A stretch of 64,000 bases of DNA. Origin: Balanoglossus misakiensis (Eukaryota > Animalia > Hemichordata). A program made the translations under genes and the position numbers. How positions within the stretch are numbered: position 1 is the stretch's first letter; each line of letters opens with the position of its first letter. The notes under the pieces are model-generated. The model saw only the letters and a program-made list of their open reading frames with translations. It was not told the origin of the DNA and ran no database searches. The stretch is from assembly GCA_040954595.2 (NCBI GenBank), contig CM082595.2, positions 9,475,918-9,539,917 of the forward strand. Direction: 5' to 3'. This document shows, one piece after another, positions 39,958-52,000 of this stretch.

Positions 39958-42900
39958 CTGAATGTCAAATAGTTGAACATCATCAATGTGGGATTTGTTG
40001 TGATGTTTTACTACTGTAGAATAACGCAGGTGGTTGTTGGACACTTTGCGGTCTGGTCGCGTGACTTTGCCTTGTTAGCCGCCATGCATGTTGAACGCAA
40101 ATTATACCATGATGCACTGCAGTTACCCTATACGCGAATAGGTCTATGCATGAACTCTTTGAATAAATTTGCTTCCACGATACAGATGTGATTATTTTTC
40201 ACGTTGCCTCATGCATGTATGGAAAGATACAGGTAAATTCCCAGTTTCCTGATGGGCAACATTTCTACAGCTGTCTCGATTCTACTCTGGTAGTACTAAA
40301 TAACTTAACGTTGGTACATGAGTAACATTATTACACCAAGCACTAACACAGCCGCTAAACCTCCCGCAACACCACCAATGATGACAGCTGTGTCAACGGA
40401 GGAATCTGTAAGAGTTTAAATATTTCTATTTGTCACGGGGGCGATATGCTACGATAAAAGCAAGACAACCATTCATTATGATGCTTAACTATTGTAAAAT
40501 GGTTAGTTGACCAAAAATCTAGTTATACTGCAGATGTTGCAGTTTCACCATTTTCACAAATATTTTCAAGACAACGTAAACTGTAATCATGTAGATCAAA
40601 CAAATGTGTAAACTTTAGTGAATATTGTTTTTCAATCTTGAGTTATTAAAAGACAAAGAAATGTATACACACCTTTAACTTGCATTGGTATTCTCTGGCG
40701 GCAAGTTTCACCTTGATATTCATCAGTACATTCACAAACAGGATTGCCATCACTGTCCTTGATGCAAACAGCATTGTTTGAGCAGAACCCTTCACATTTA
40801 TCTAGACACAAGAATAAAATCACATCACATTATTCTACCTGACGAACCATTTGTATTAGACAAGAACTAAACCCACTTGCAGATTCATTTCTTACAAACG
40901 GAATGGAAGTTGTGTGCTGTGGAACGTTGATTCACTATATATCCACATGTACCGGGTGAATAACATAAACAGTGTCTTGTATCAAACATAATTAATGGAA
41001 AAAGGGCAGCAAGAGAGATACTAAATCAACAGTAGTTTCTACGTTTTAGCTGTACATATTTCTGTTGACATTTCAGTTGTAGATAGTTACATACCTGTAC
41101 AAGTTATTCCATCACCAGTGAAACCAGTTTTGCAAGTGCATTGATATCCTGGTACAAGATTCCTGCAAGTGACATTTGGGTGACAGTCATCCAGACCAAG
41201 ACGACATTCATGTGCATCTAGAAAACAAAAATTCTTGCAATGTCTTTAACTGACCACCAAATAAAACTATGGGATCTTCATACATATCACCAGTTAAAGG
41301 TATACGGTCACCTATGGAAAATTAGCTATAGTTACCATGGCAAAAGGAGATCTAGCCAATCACAGATTTTCAGTGGGTGGCACATGCAAAAAAGAGCGCC
41401 ACCATATGTTCTTTAGAACTCTCATATACTCCATTTCAGCCATATATGGGCGTTTGTAAATTGGAGGTGACTGTATACCTTTAAGTTAGATGACTACCCA
41501 GATGCAGTGCATGGTTATCACATTCCATAGCCTAACATGTAGAATTCTGAGAAAACAGTATTACAATATTGTTATTTCCGTGAAATTTTCAGAAAAGGTG
41601 TTAAAAGAGGAGCATTATTAAATTATATAAAAATATTGGATCACACAACATATCAAATGATACTCTAAATAAAGAAGAAAATTTCTTATAATGAAGTGTT
41701 TGTGTCAGATTGAACAGTTAAGGTTGATCTCCACAAGCACTTCATGCATGTTATCAGTTCTATGATTATGAAAAATTTATTCCTACCATCACATTCTGTT
41801 TCATATAGGGCACCCTCTCTGCCTGTAGTGTAGCCAGTTGGGCATGGTTGACAAGCATCCTGGTTGAATTCAAAGTTATATGTTCCAACAGGGCATTTCT
41901 CACATCTATAGGACTCCTGATTCAAGTACCAACCAACATTGCAGTAAGCTGTTGATGGAATGGAAAAAGAGCATAGAATAAAATTGGAGGACTATCATTA
42001 TTTTGAACAACTGAGGCACAATAATACAACCTTCAGTTCAGTACAGTTGAGATACAACATGAAAAGTTGTATACATAATACTTACAAACATTACAATCTT
42101 CACTTAAGGTTGAACCGACTGTTCTTGTGGTGAAGCCAAATGGGCACGGCATACAAGATGGCTGAAGTTCAGCATTTGATCGATAGGTTCCCATGGGACA
42201 CGACTCACAAGACCCATTGACACTAAGTTGGACTCCCACTGATTTACATACCTCTGTAATTGAGAAGATTAATTTTTTGATATTCACGATTATCTGCTTT
42301 TCACTCACGTGAATTTGTTAAACTGTTGAATATGTTACATATCTGGCGGTTCTAAAGTAAAAACCTACTCGGAAAAAAGTTTACTGGATGCCGAAATATT
42401 GCTTGCCTGTCACTTACAAATGATAACGCCATGGGTACGTCACATGGCCAGATCATGTGATTGATAGTCAAGAATAGCAAATAACACAAGTACCTACCCT
42501 GACATTGTGACTCATCAGTAGCTCCTTCAACTAATGTAAGCATTCCCTTTGGGCAAGTATTACACACAAACTTTCCTTCTTCTGATTGCCAGAATCCAAT
42601 GGGGCAGCTTTGGCACTGAGAAGTCCCGTTGTCAAAGTAGTGACCAACATCGCACCTCTCTGCAATAGACATCATTGTTGAAAAATTATTTTTTCAACCA
42701 AAGAGATGAACATTCCAATTGTCATTCTTTCCATATTGGATCACACCACAATAATTTGATATATACGTCACAATTCCCGGCAAGGGGTATGGGGTTTTAT
42801 CGGGCCAGTGGCATGAGTGAGGCTAGACGCTAGTTTTGGAATACGGCTAGATACTAGGCTATGGCTGTGGACGAGGAGGAGATATTGCCTTCTGTTATAC

Positions 42901-45900
42901 ATACCAAAACACTGCAAGATGGATAATGATCTCTTTCCCCTGGTGACTCCATTATTTGGACAGGCATTGCATGCTGTTTGTCCTTCAAGGGGTTGATAAT
43001 ATCCAATTGCACAAGGATGGCACTGACTCAGCTCAGTGTCATGGTACGACCCTTCAGGACACAATACTGTGGAAATACAAAATGTTGAAGGCAGATGTAT
43101 ACATTGTTCATGTACTGATCATTATGCATTAATGGTTTAAAACACAACTACAATTGTAACACACAGCATTCATTTTGGCCAGTTTTTCACTCTTGTGTCT
43201 ACAAGTGGGATTGCAGTTGTGTGTGGTTGAATGTTGATTCACTATATATCCACATGTAGAATAACATTAACTGTGTCTTCTATCAAACATAATTAATGGA
43301 AAAAGGGCAGCGAGAAAGAGACTTTGTCCCTCCTTGGTATGAGCATATCAAATCAATTATTTCCTTATATCACCTCTTGGTTGGGTTGTATTTACCACTC
43401 ACACTTGTCTTTAATTTGTACACTGCGACTCACAACCACACTCGCAGCAATACGGCCCACCTAACAGGTCATATCAGGCGATATAAACATATTAACATCT
43501 ACACCTTTTTATAATATTAATTTTGGACACAGTTTTAATCCTTTCACCACCATGGTTCAGTCCAAACCAATTGTTTTCTATGGTAAGGTTTGACCTCTAT
43601 AGAGGAAACTGGGAGTGAAAGGGTTAAAGTACATAACAACTGAGGAGTATAGGCACTCACCACATTCTTCTCCAACAAGAACACTACCATTGGAACAGAA
43701 TATTGTACTTTCAACTTGTAATGTCTCAGCGTCGACCGAATATTCAGCTGTATCAAAAGGACCATTCTTGACTGCATATTCAATAACTACAGCTGCAGCA
43801 TCAGCAGAGCTAATGGATAAAACAACAGGCAAAAAATTCTTACATATGCCACATTACAATACCAACCAGAAGTGTGTACTGTAAACTGAATTGTTTTCAC
43901 GACAGGAAATTTTCGCGATATTAAAAGAGGCGACTGTTACGTGAGGACGAATTTTCGAGTTCTCGTATTTCACTAACTGCATCATTATCTCCAAAAACAT
44001 TTTACACAACTTTTTATTTTAACGTTTTTTTGACCAGCACATGTTTTGCAGAAATTTACTGCTCGCGAAAATAACACGTTTTGCAGTATATTTCGAATGC
44101 ATGAATCTTTAGAATACAGGATGCCGCAACATGAAGGAAGGTGGGCAGAAATGATGGGGTTGCCAAAAACTGAAAATGTTTGAGTGTTAAGACACAAAAT
44201 AATTTGTTTTCACTTGCATGAATGGAATATTTTGCAATAATGCAAACACCAGCTGTATAGGGAATACAGAGCTGGTCCTCACACAGCCTGGGATCAGTAC
44301 CCTAGACATGTCACCAAAGTCATTTCAATAGAACAGAAGGGGAATGAAATACTCGAAAAATAACAATTACTACTCACGCATTGGTTGTGAAACTGAACTG
44401 AACCACAAGCTGAGTATCAGCCTGTCTCTTTCTTCGGTTTGAGGCGCCGCAGGTTATTTCAAGGTCATCAAAGTTGCATTCACCGCCACAAATACCAAAC
44501 AAATCATTCAGATAGTTGATAGTGTTCATAAAACTGATCCTCAATTGCTGGATGACACCATTGTTACATGTACCAGCCTGTGAATTGTATGACACGCCAC
44601 AATTCACTCCACGTTGAGTCTTCCCAGGAGCTGCAGTAGAACAATACAAACAAACAAATTTTGTTAAAGATGCAATTTTCAATCTAGCGAACGATGTATT
44701 GACTTAGACTGCGAAACCGCTTAGCCAATCAGGAAAGTTACAGCTGCTTACCCAGAACAAAATATTAAGAAAATAGCTCAAATGTACTGGAGCTTTATAT
44801 TGGGGTAAGCAGATATGATGTTAACAAATTATCTACCTGTAATCACAACCTTGACATACTGTAAAGCAAGAATTTGCATTACTCATATTTCTCTTTTCAT
44901 TTATAACTAAAAGAAAATTGTCTCAATGCTGGAATACCCCCTCTCACAACTCTCTCTCTCTTTGGAGAATTTTCTGAATGTGCATGTGCAACCTGATTAT
45001 ATTTCTTTACTGATACCAAATCATTTTTTTCTCACCTGAACATCCAGGGAAGGTGAATTCCTCGTCTGGATTCTCAGGATTAAAAGATCCTTCACTATGG
45101 CAGAGATAGTAAGGTGCTGGCAGGCTTGCAAACTTGTATCCTGGTAAACAATCCACCTGACAGGACACACCCGACTCAAACTCATTACAGATGGAAATAC
45201 CTTTAACTGGTGGTGCTGGCTTTTCACAATCAAATGATGTAAAAGAAAGGAGAACACAGTTTATTTGTCTATATATATATTTTTAATTTTATTTCATCTA
45301 TCATCCAACAGGCAAATACTACCCAAATGTCTGTGTCTCATATATCATCCAACAGGCAAATACTACCCAAATGTCCAGGTCTAGGTAACGAACCCACAAC
45401 CCTAGCCACTAGGGCACAATGCCTCTTTTACCAGGTTCACACAGGGTAAAATTTGAGACACTATTTGCCAGTGCTAACCACAGAGCATTAATCCTTTGAG
45501 TCATGTTGTGTCCACACACACAAAGTTTATGTATGGGCGCTGAGGCTCGGCCCGTAGACAATGGGTTGCGGAGAGGTGTTAATCCTTACACCGGCTCAGG
45601 TCTGGCTGGCAGAGCCGTCTAAAATCTGAGACGTTTCAGGACCACTTACACCGTCCACACATGTTTTTTTAAGACAGTATCAATTCTGAGATGCTTCAGA
45701 ACTGTCTTAATGGTGTATGTGTGACACCCATATTTATTACACAGTCAAATCTTTTAAACAGAACACCAACACATTAACATGTTTCTATGTAAAAGGGACT
45801 AGGAAAAGCTGTTGGTTGAAGAGAGGTTTCCCGATTAGACAGGGTTTGTTTTAGACGGGTTTGAGTGTCCTTGTATGTTCTGAATGATGTTGTTATAATT

Positions 45901-48786
45901 TTTGATAGTTACATAGGGACAAAAGTGATAATGATGCAATCATATTACTGTAAAACGGCAAATTTTCCCAAACTTCGGCAAAAAAGAAGAAGAAAATAAA
46001 GTCGCATAAAATGTTTTTCAGAGATAACAGAGTAGTTAGTAAAATACTAGAATGCGGAAATTTAATTCTCGTGTCACAGTTGCCTCTTTTGATATATTGC
46101 AAAATATTTTCTGTCACGAAAATGTCCCGTTTTACAGTATGTGACAAGACATAACAAGGGGTAGAGATGACAATTTGTCAAGATATTAATTAATTTGTAA
46201 AGTTTATGTATGAATGATAAAAAAATTCACTCACGCAGTACATAGAGTAAAAAGTTGCACTGTGTATTGTTGCCAGCTGTATCTGAAGCAACATAGCTGA
46301 TCTGGTAGGTTCCCCAGGAAAAGGTGTCACCTGTAAGAACAAAATTATGCACATCATTACAGGCATGGGTGCTAAAGCCAAAATAGCTTCCGTTTCTTGA
46401 ATGTTTTTCATGATTTTCTTTTCAAACTTAGAATGGTCCATTTAAGTGAGCTATCTGGTGGGTATACACAGGCATATTATCAACTCCTGATTGTGACTGT
46501 ACATATAAACATGAACAAGATATGTATACTAAACAGATATGGTGCCGCACACGTTTATTCAACTGCCCATTGTAAGAGAACACAACATTTGTGGTATGGG
46601 TATCCCCAGTAGTAGTGGAGAATATTAAGTACTTTACTGATTAAAGGCCTTGCTCAACAGTTGGTCAAATCTTTTGTTTCCAATAAACAATTACGTGCAA
46701 ACACAAATGCTTTCGAGTTTTAACTTCATTGTACTGCCCTGGGATCGAGGAAAGGGCCTATAAACATATGGTAATAGTATCAGCAATTGAGGCTTTAATA
46801 CTTGGAAGCAAGATCATCTGTCGCACATAGGATGTGCTAGCCATATATGAGTAACGGCCACAAGAATAAACTGTACCAGTATGCTTCATACTGACCATAA
46901 TCTTAGGAAAGTTGTCTCAGCTTGTTGGTTTCTGTTTAGATCAACTCCCCACCCCACCCCGATAAAAAAAACTTAGTTAGTGTGAATGTTATATATTATC
47001 TATAATCAGAAATGATATTTTATAGGAAACTTACCCATTGTGTAGGTTTGTGTCACATTGGCAATGGCGACATAATCTGTAAATATAGGCTCCTGCCATA
47101 CTCCTGTTGTCAAGCTATTAGGACTAATTATACGGGTCGTATTGGGACAGTAAATGACTTCAGGAGCGTGTTTATCTGAAGAAAAAAAAATGAAAGAATA
47201 ACAAATGTTTGTAAATTAAACAACTGGTCCACACCCCCTATGCATACACTGGTACATTTAGGTAAATGCACTACTAGATGTTAATATCTGTCACATATTC
47301 ATGAGAAATCCAGATATTGTTAAGTGCTTGTTTTCTGATACATGTGAATAGACTAGATCACTGTCAAGAAACACTACAAGATAGGACAGGAGTCATGAGA
47401 TGGTATCCATGGGCATAATAACTGATATGATCAATTACACTCATGATAAGCCTAGTTCTTGGAACAGCAGAAACTGATGATGATGATGGTGATGATGATG
47501 GTGGTGGTGGTGGTGGTGGTGATGATGATTATGATGATGATGATGGTGATGGTGGTTGTGAATAGTATCATTACATTCAGTGTTAAATACATGTACGGTA
47601 GAAACAAAAAGAGTGAGCGATACAGGCATGGGCAGATGATGATTCCCTATACTTCCTAAAGTAGGGAGATTGCAGGCTGTGTGATTGGAGTACAACACAC
47701 AGCAGCTAGGGGCTGGTGAATGTACACAGGAAAAACTACTCAAAATTTCACACAGTTTTCCCTGGACAGACACAACATTACAAGGAGAGCTGTGTTAAAG
47801 TAAGGATTTAGGATTAATCAACTCTGTGAATATGACCCAATTTCTCCTCGTCAGATTATGCATAAAATTGTTTGATAGTAATGAATAAGGCTATTTACCA
47901 ACAGGTGTGCATGGTGAACCAGAGTAACCAATTGGGCACCTGGTACTTCCACAAGCTGATGGCTGGATTTTGACCACACTACCCAATAACTCTTGATCCA
48001 TTTCAACCCACATGACATGATTGCCAAGTGGACTTTGTGAACAGTTCAAAGCCAGACTCTGGATTTCAACAGGAGTCAATACATAATCGTATACATTCAT
48101 CTGTGTAACATCACCATGGAAGCTAAAATAGTTGTCAAGGAGTCCATTTTCGTCATAGCTTTGACCAAGAATTACCATACAGCTGTTGAAAAACAAGAGA
48201 ATAATGAATTCAGTAAAAGTGCTGGTAAGAAGTTGTCAAAAATAAACTGTGAAAATCAGTATCGTTCCGCATAAGTTTGAATTTGAAAGTGCCACGAAGA
48301 TAGCTTTGCTGATGTCCATAGTTTGCTCCCTTGATTTTTTTGGCCAGTTTTGTTGTAAGTCGCAACATGTTATGATGATATTGTATTGTCATGTAGGAGT
48401 AAGACAAGCTACCTAGCAGATAAGTTATAAACAAGATAACTGCTTCACAAATAAATGGTTCACTTCTCTTGAGGCTTGGGAAAACTTGACAGTATAGGAA
48501 AATATAGAATTTTAACATGTGATGATGACAATTTTCTATGGCTTTGTAGGAGTTAAAAATGTTCGGAGTTCCACTAGCAACTTACTTTTCTGAGTCATCG
48601 ATACCTGTCCAGGATGGAAGGGGTGATGTTACTGCAACACCATTCAAGTAAACTGCCACAATGCCTTCTTCAATTACCATGACAACATTATGCCACGAGT
48701 TGTCATCTACTGATACGGTTACACCATTTGTACTGACAGATAGACTTCTGTCCAGGACAAGAAGGGTACTATCAACTTGGGTTAAG
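39693..48786 (-). CDS. SVEP1-like type-I membrane protein (pentraxin/LamG, HYR, sushi, ephrin-receptor-like Cys repeats, EGF, TM, NPxY tail); 3' 15 exons only; two defective splice sites
   Basis: Exons join with consistent phases and no internal stops; domains recognised from Cys/Trp patterns; no 5' exons recognised in 48.8-64 kb. Confidence 0.88.
40309..40405 (-). CDS. exon: transmembrane helix (donor is TT, not GT)
   Basis: AVIIGGVAGGLAAVLVLGVIMLLMYQR followed by TTAAGT. Confidence 0.88.
40673..40801 (-). CDS. exon: EGF domain
   Basis: DKCEGFCSNNAVCIKDSDGNPVCECTDEYQGETC. Confidence 0.92.
41095..41217 (-). CDS. exon: calcium-binding-type EGF domain
   Basis: DAHECRLGLDDCHPNVTCRNLVPGYQCTCKTGFTGDGITC. 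Confidence 0.93.
41298..41480. mobile_element. Kolobok-like TTAA MITE (intronic)
   Basis: TTAA|AGGTATACGGTCACCT...AGGTGACTGTATACCT|TTAA. Confidence 0.8.
41787..41948 (-). CDS. exon: ephrin-receptor-like repeat 4
   Basis: CNVGWYLN...CEKCPVGTYN...CQPCPTGYTT; 162 nt. Confidence 0.92.
42086..42253 (-). CDS. exon: ephrin-receptor-like repeat 3
   Basis: CESCPMGTYRS...CMPCPFGFTT; 168 nt. Confidence 0.92.
42498..42659 (-). CDS. exon: ephrin-receptor-like repeat 2
   Basis: CDVGHYFD...CQSCPIGFWQSEEGKFVCNTCP; 162 nt. Confidence 0.92.
42905..43066 (-). CDS. exon: ephrin-receptor-like Cys-rich repeat 1
   Basis: CPEGSYHD...CHPCAIGYYQPLEGQTACNACP; 162 nt. Confidence 0.92.
43661..43809 (-). CDS. exon: linker
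   Basis: SADAAAVVIEYAVKNG...FCSNGSVLVGEEC; phase 2-1. Confidence 0.85.
43877..44088. mobile_element. TA-flanked MITE; related copy at ~45946-46139
   Basis: TACTGTAAA...TTT(G/A)CAGTA termini in both copies. Confidence 0.65.
44378..44630 (-). CDS. exon: linker domain with furin-type RRKR site
   Basis: ...LEITCGASNRRKRQADTQLVVQFSFTT; phase 1-2. Confidence 0.85.
45036..45236 (-). CDS. exon: sushi/CCP domain (acceptor is AT, not AG)
   Basis: FDCEKPAPPVKGISIC...CQVDCLPGYKF...YYLC...FPGCS; 201 nt; preceded by a polypyrimidine tract ending ttttacAT. Confidence 0.85.
46235..46330 (-). CDS. exon: HYR domain C-half
   Basis: GDTFSWGTYQISYVASDTAGNNTQCNFLLYVL; 96 nt. Confidence 0.9.
47035..47175 (-). 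CDS. exon: HYR domain N-half
   Basis: DKHAPEVIYCPN...VWQEPIFTD; phase 1-1. Confidence 0.88.
47475..47556. repeat. (GAT/GGT)n trinucleotide repeat, intronic
   Basis: Direct observation; explains the poly-His ORF. Confidence 0.9.
47899..48182 (-). CDS. exon: pentraxin C-terminus + EGF-like stub
   Basis: VILGQ...FHGDVTQMNVYDYVLTPVEIQSLALNC...GNHVMW...CPIGYSGSPC. Confidence 0.9.
48586..48786 (-). CDS. exon: pentraxin/LamG core
   Basis: VDDNSWHNVVMVIEEGIVAVYLNG; AG/GT boundaries, phase 2-2. Confidence 0.85.
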
Positions 48787-49025
48787 CTGCCAAGAAATTC
48801 AAAACAGAGATTAGACATAAATCGGTGCATCAGCTGGTACTTTTGGGAAATTATCACACTTTTTTTCAAACTGCACCACCTTTAGCCCATACAGAAGTAT
48901 GCACTGAACTATCTACAAGTATTATGAACCCTAAGTATGAGTGCATATGCAAGTTTAAACCAGACAAATAATAAATATTCGCCGCAAAGGAATATGGTCG
49001 CCACCGTGAGAAAATGCAAAATACA

Positions 49026-52000
49026 ATTAAAGTTGCAAGCAGCGTTGGCGGGGCACAAGCGGTTCCCATGGTAACAAGCAAATGCCAAGGCTGTATCTGC
49101 TGTGGATACCAAGATATTGGAAAGTAGGTCAAAGGTCACCAGAGGTCACCCCAAATTTGGGCAAAAAAATCGGACCCCATACTAGTCTAGGTCCAACAAA
49201 AACCAAACACCTAGCTCTATTGGTTCGCCTAGAATTAGGTATGCGCATAATTAATGAGGTCTTGTGTAAGACTCCATATCTGCTCCATCGGCCCTCCAAA
49301 AGTCAGGACTCTAACTGCTGTGGATGCTGAGATATGGGAAATTAGATCAAAGGTCATCCAAGGTCACCCAAAATTTGGGCATAAAATGTTGACCCCAGAG
49401 TGGGCCATGTCCAACTAAAACCAGACCTCTAGCCCTATTGGTTAGCCTGGAATTAGATATGCAGAAAAATGATGTTTTAGAAATAGGTCAAGGGTCATTG
49501 CCAAAATTACCAAAATAGTTGTGTCATGTCCTGGCAGCATTGGTACCCATGTCCACAAAATTCATGACTGTGGTGCTTTTACAAGAGGAGGTATGGGGAT
49601 ATGCATATATAATTAGTTGTTTTAAAACTGGGTCAAAGGTCATGTCAAAATTGCCCCGAAAAATTGTAACAACTTCCGGTCATATGATGACTCATATCCA
49701 AAAAAAGAATTTACGTGCTGTCAACATTTTGGCTACAAAGCAGAATTTTCATTTTTCAATGGTTTTCAGAAAATCCAACATGGCCGCCATAATGATCGAC
49801 CAATCACAGTGCGCTTCGCAAACTTGATAAAAATAGGTTAGGTGACCACATACCCCGAATCCTGTGACTCGGCAATCGCTGGTTCTGGAGAAGAAGATTT
49901 TTAAAGTTTTAAGTAGTTTTTCAGAAAAACAATTGTAGCAAAAAAACTTTATGTGTGACGTCATGATTTCAATGGGGTAAAATGATGGACAGAAGGTAGG
50001 CTACCTGCACACCAAATTTGAACTCGATCGGCCCAGTAGTTTTTGAGAAGGACTCGTTTAACGATTGTCAGGAAATGCAATATGGCCGCCAGGTCACGTG
50101 ACTAATTAAATATTCACGAGCCACTGCACGTCTACTCATTGGCCCCTATCACCCTACCAAGTTTCAGCCCCCAAGGTGCAGCGGTTTTCCAGATCTACCT
50201 GGCCGAATTTCTCGGAAGAAGAAGAAGAAGAAGAAGAATTAAAGCTGCGAGCAGCATTGTCGGGCCCAAGCGCTGATCTTGAATTATATATGCACAGTAT
50301 GAATGAGAAGAAACAGAATTTTCTATCGGATGTATTATCTCATGACATAACAAGGATGTGTGTATTGTTGCTGCTGAAATAGGGTGAAGTAGGTCAAAGG
50401 TCACCTAAGGTCACCCAACATTTGGGCAATTTTTTTTTACCCATACTGGTCCATGTCCAACAAAAACCAAAACTCTAGCTCTTTTGGTTCGGATGTTATT
50501 AGGTATGTGCATATTTAATGAGGTCAGCAGGTGTCACAGGTGACCCAAAAATGTGGCTTTACATTCTGGTCCCCTCCTACAAAATGCCATGGCTGTATCT
50601 GCTCTGGATGCTGAGATATGCGAAAGTAGGTCAAAGGTCACCAGAGGTCACCCAACATTTGGGCAAAAAATTTTGATCCCATACTGGTCCATGTCCAACA
50701 AAAACCAAACCTCTAGCTCTATTGGTTCACCTGTAATTAGCTATGCACATAATTAATGAGGTCAGCAAAGGTCAAAGGGTCATGAAAAGTAGCAAAATAT
50801 TTTGATCACACACTAATCCACATGCATCAAAAACCAAACGTCTAGCCCTATAGGTTAGCCTGGAATTAGATATGCAGAAATAATAACGCGTGATAAGTAG
50901 GTCAAAGGTCATGTGAAAAATCGCCAAAAATTTGTAACATATTTTAGTCATATGACGATTGATATCAATGAAAATAATTTGTATGCTGTCATTTTTTGGA
51001 CTAGGAAAAGGAATTTCAATTTTTCACTGCTTTTTACAAAATCCAATATGGCCGCCATAATCTTCGACCAATCACAATGCTCTTTGCAAACTTGATAGAC
51101 ATCAGTGTAGTGACCATACTCCCCGAATCTTGCGACTCAGTTATCGCCCGTTCTGGAGAAGAAGATTTTTTGGAGTTCTACTATGGTTTTTCGAAAATCC
51201 AATATGGCCGCCATAATCTTCGACCAATCACAATGCTTCATATCAAACTTGATAGACATCTGTTAGGTGACCACATACCCCAAACCCCGTGACTCGGTTA
51301 TCACCGGTTCTGGAGAAGAAGATTTTTGAAATTTAAGCCAGATTTCAGAAAAAAAATTGTAGCAAAAAAAATGCAACATTTACAGCAAAATATCCAATTA
51401 CAAAAATGATGGGCAGAAGGTAGTCTACCTGCATGCCAAATTTGAAGTCGATCTGACTTGTAGTTTCTGAGATCTGAGATTTGCATTTTTTCCGAAAAAC
51501 CAATATGGCCGCCAGGTCACGTGACTAATTAAAAATTCAAGAGTTCAATGCACGACTACCCATTGACCTTGACCACTGTAGCAAGTTTGAGAAGTGTACC
51601 TGCAGTGGTGTCTGAGATCAAGAGCGACAAAGAAATGACACAAGAATAAAGAAAGAAAGAAAGAAAGACAGATTAAAGCTGCAAGCAGCATTGTCCGGGC
51701 CCAAGCTCTATTATCTGATCAGATTATTAGATATGCACATAATTAATGAGTAGAAAAATAATGCTGTGTTTTATCCCATGAAATATCAAGGTTATATCTA
51801 TGCTTGGTGTTGATATAGTGTTAAGTAGGTCAAAGGTCACCCAGAGGTCACCCACAATTTGGGCAGAAAATTGTGACCCATAGTGGTCCATGTCCAACAA
51901 AAACCAGACCTCTAGCCCTTTTGGTTAGCCCGGAATTAGGTATGCACATAAATAATGAGTTAAGCAGGTGTCAAAGGTGACCCAAAACTTTGGCTTTTCA

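Noticed and set aside
46235-46260. Suspected frameshift at the end of the HYR exon
   Set aside because: Recount gives 96 nt and in-frame CNFLLYVL; no lesion
47441-47773. Poly-histidine ORF
   Set aside because: Intronic trinucleotide repeat; the flanking exons join in phase without it
48866-48916. Possible upstream pentraxin exon (SVHTSVWAKGG)
   Set aside because: Runs into a stop and has no convincing donor in the required phase
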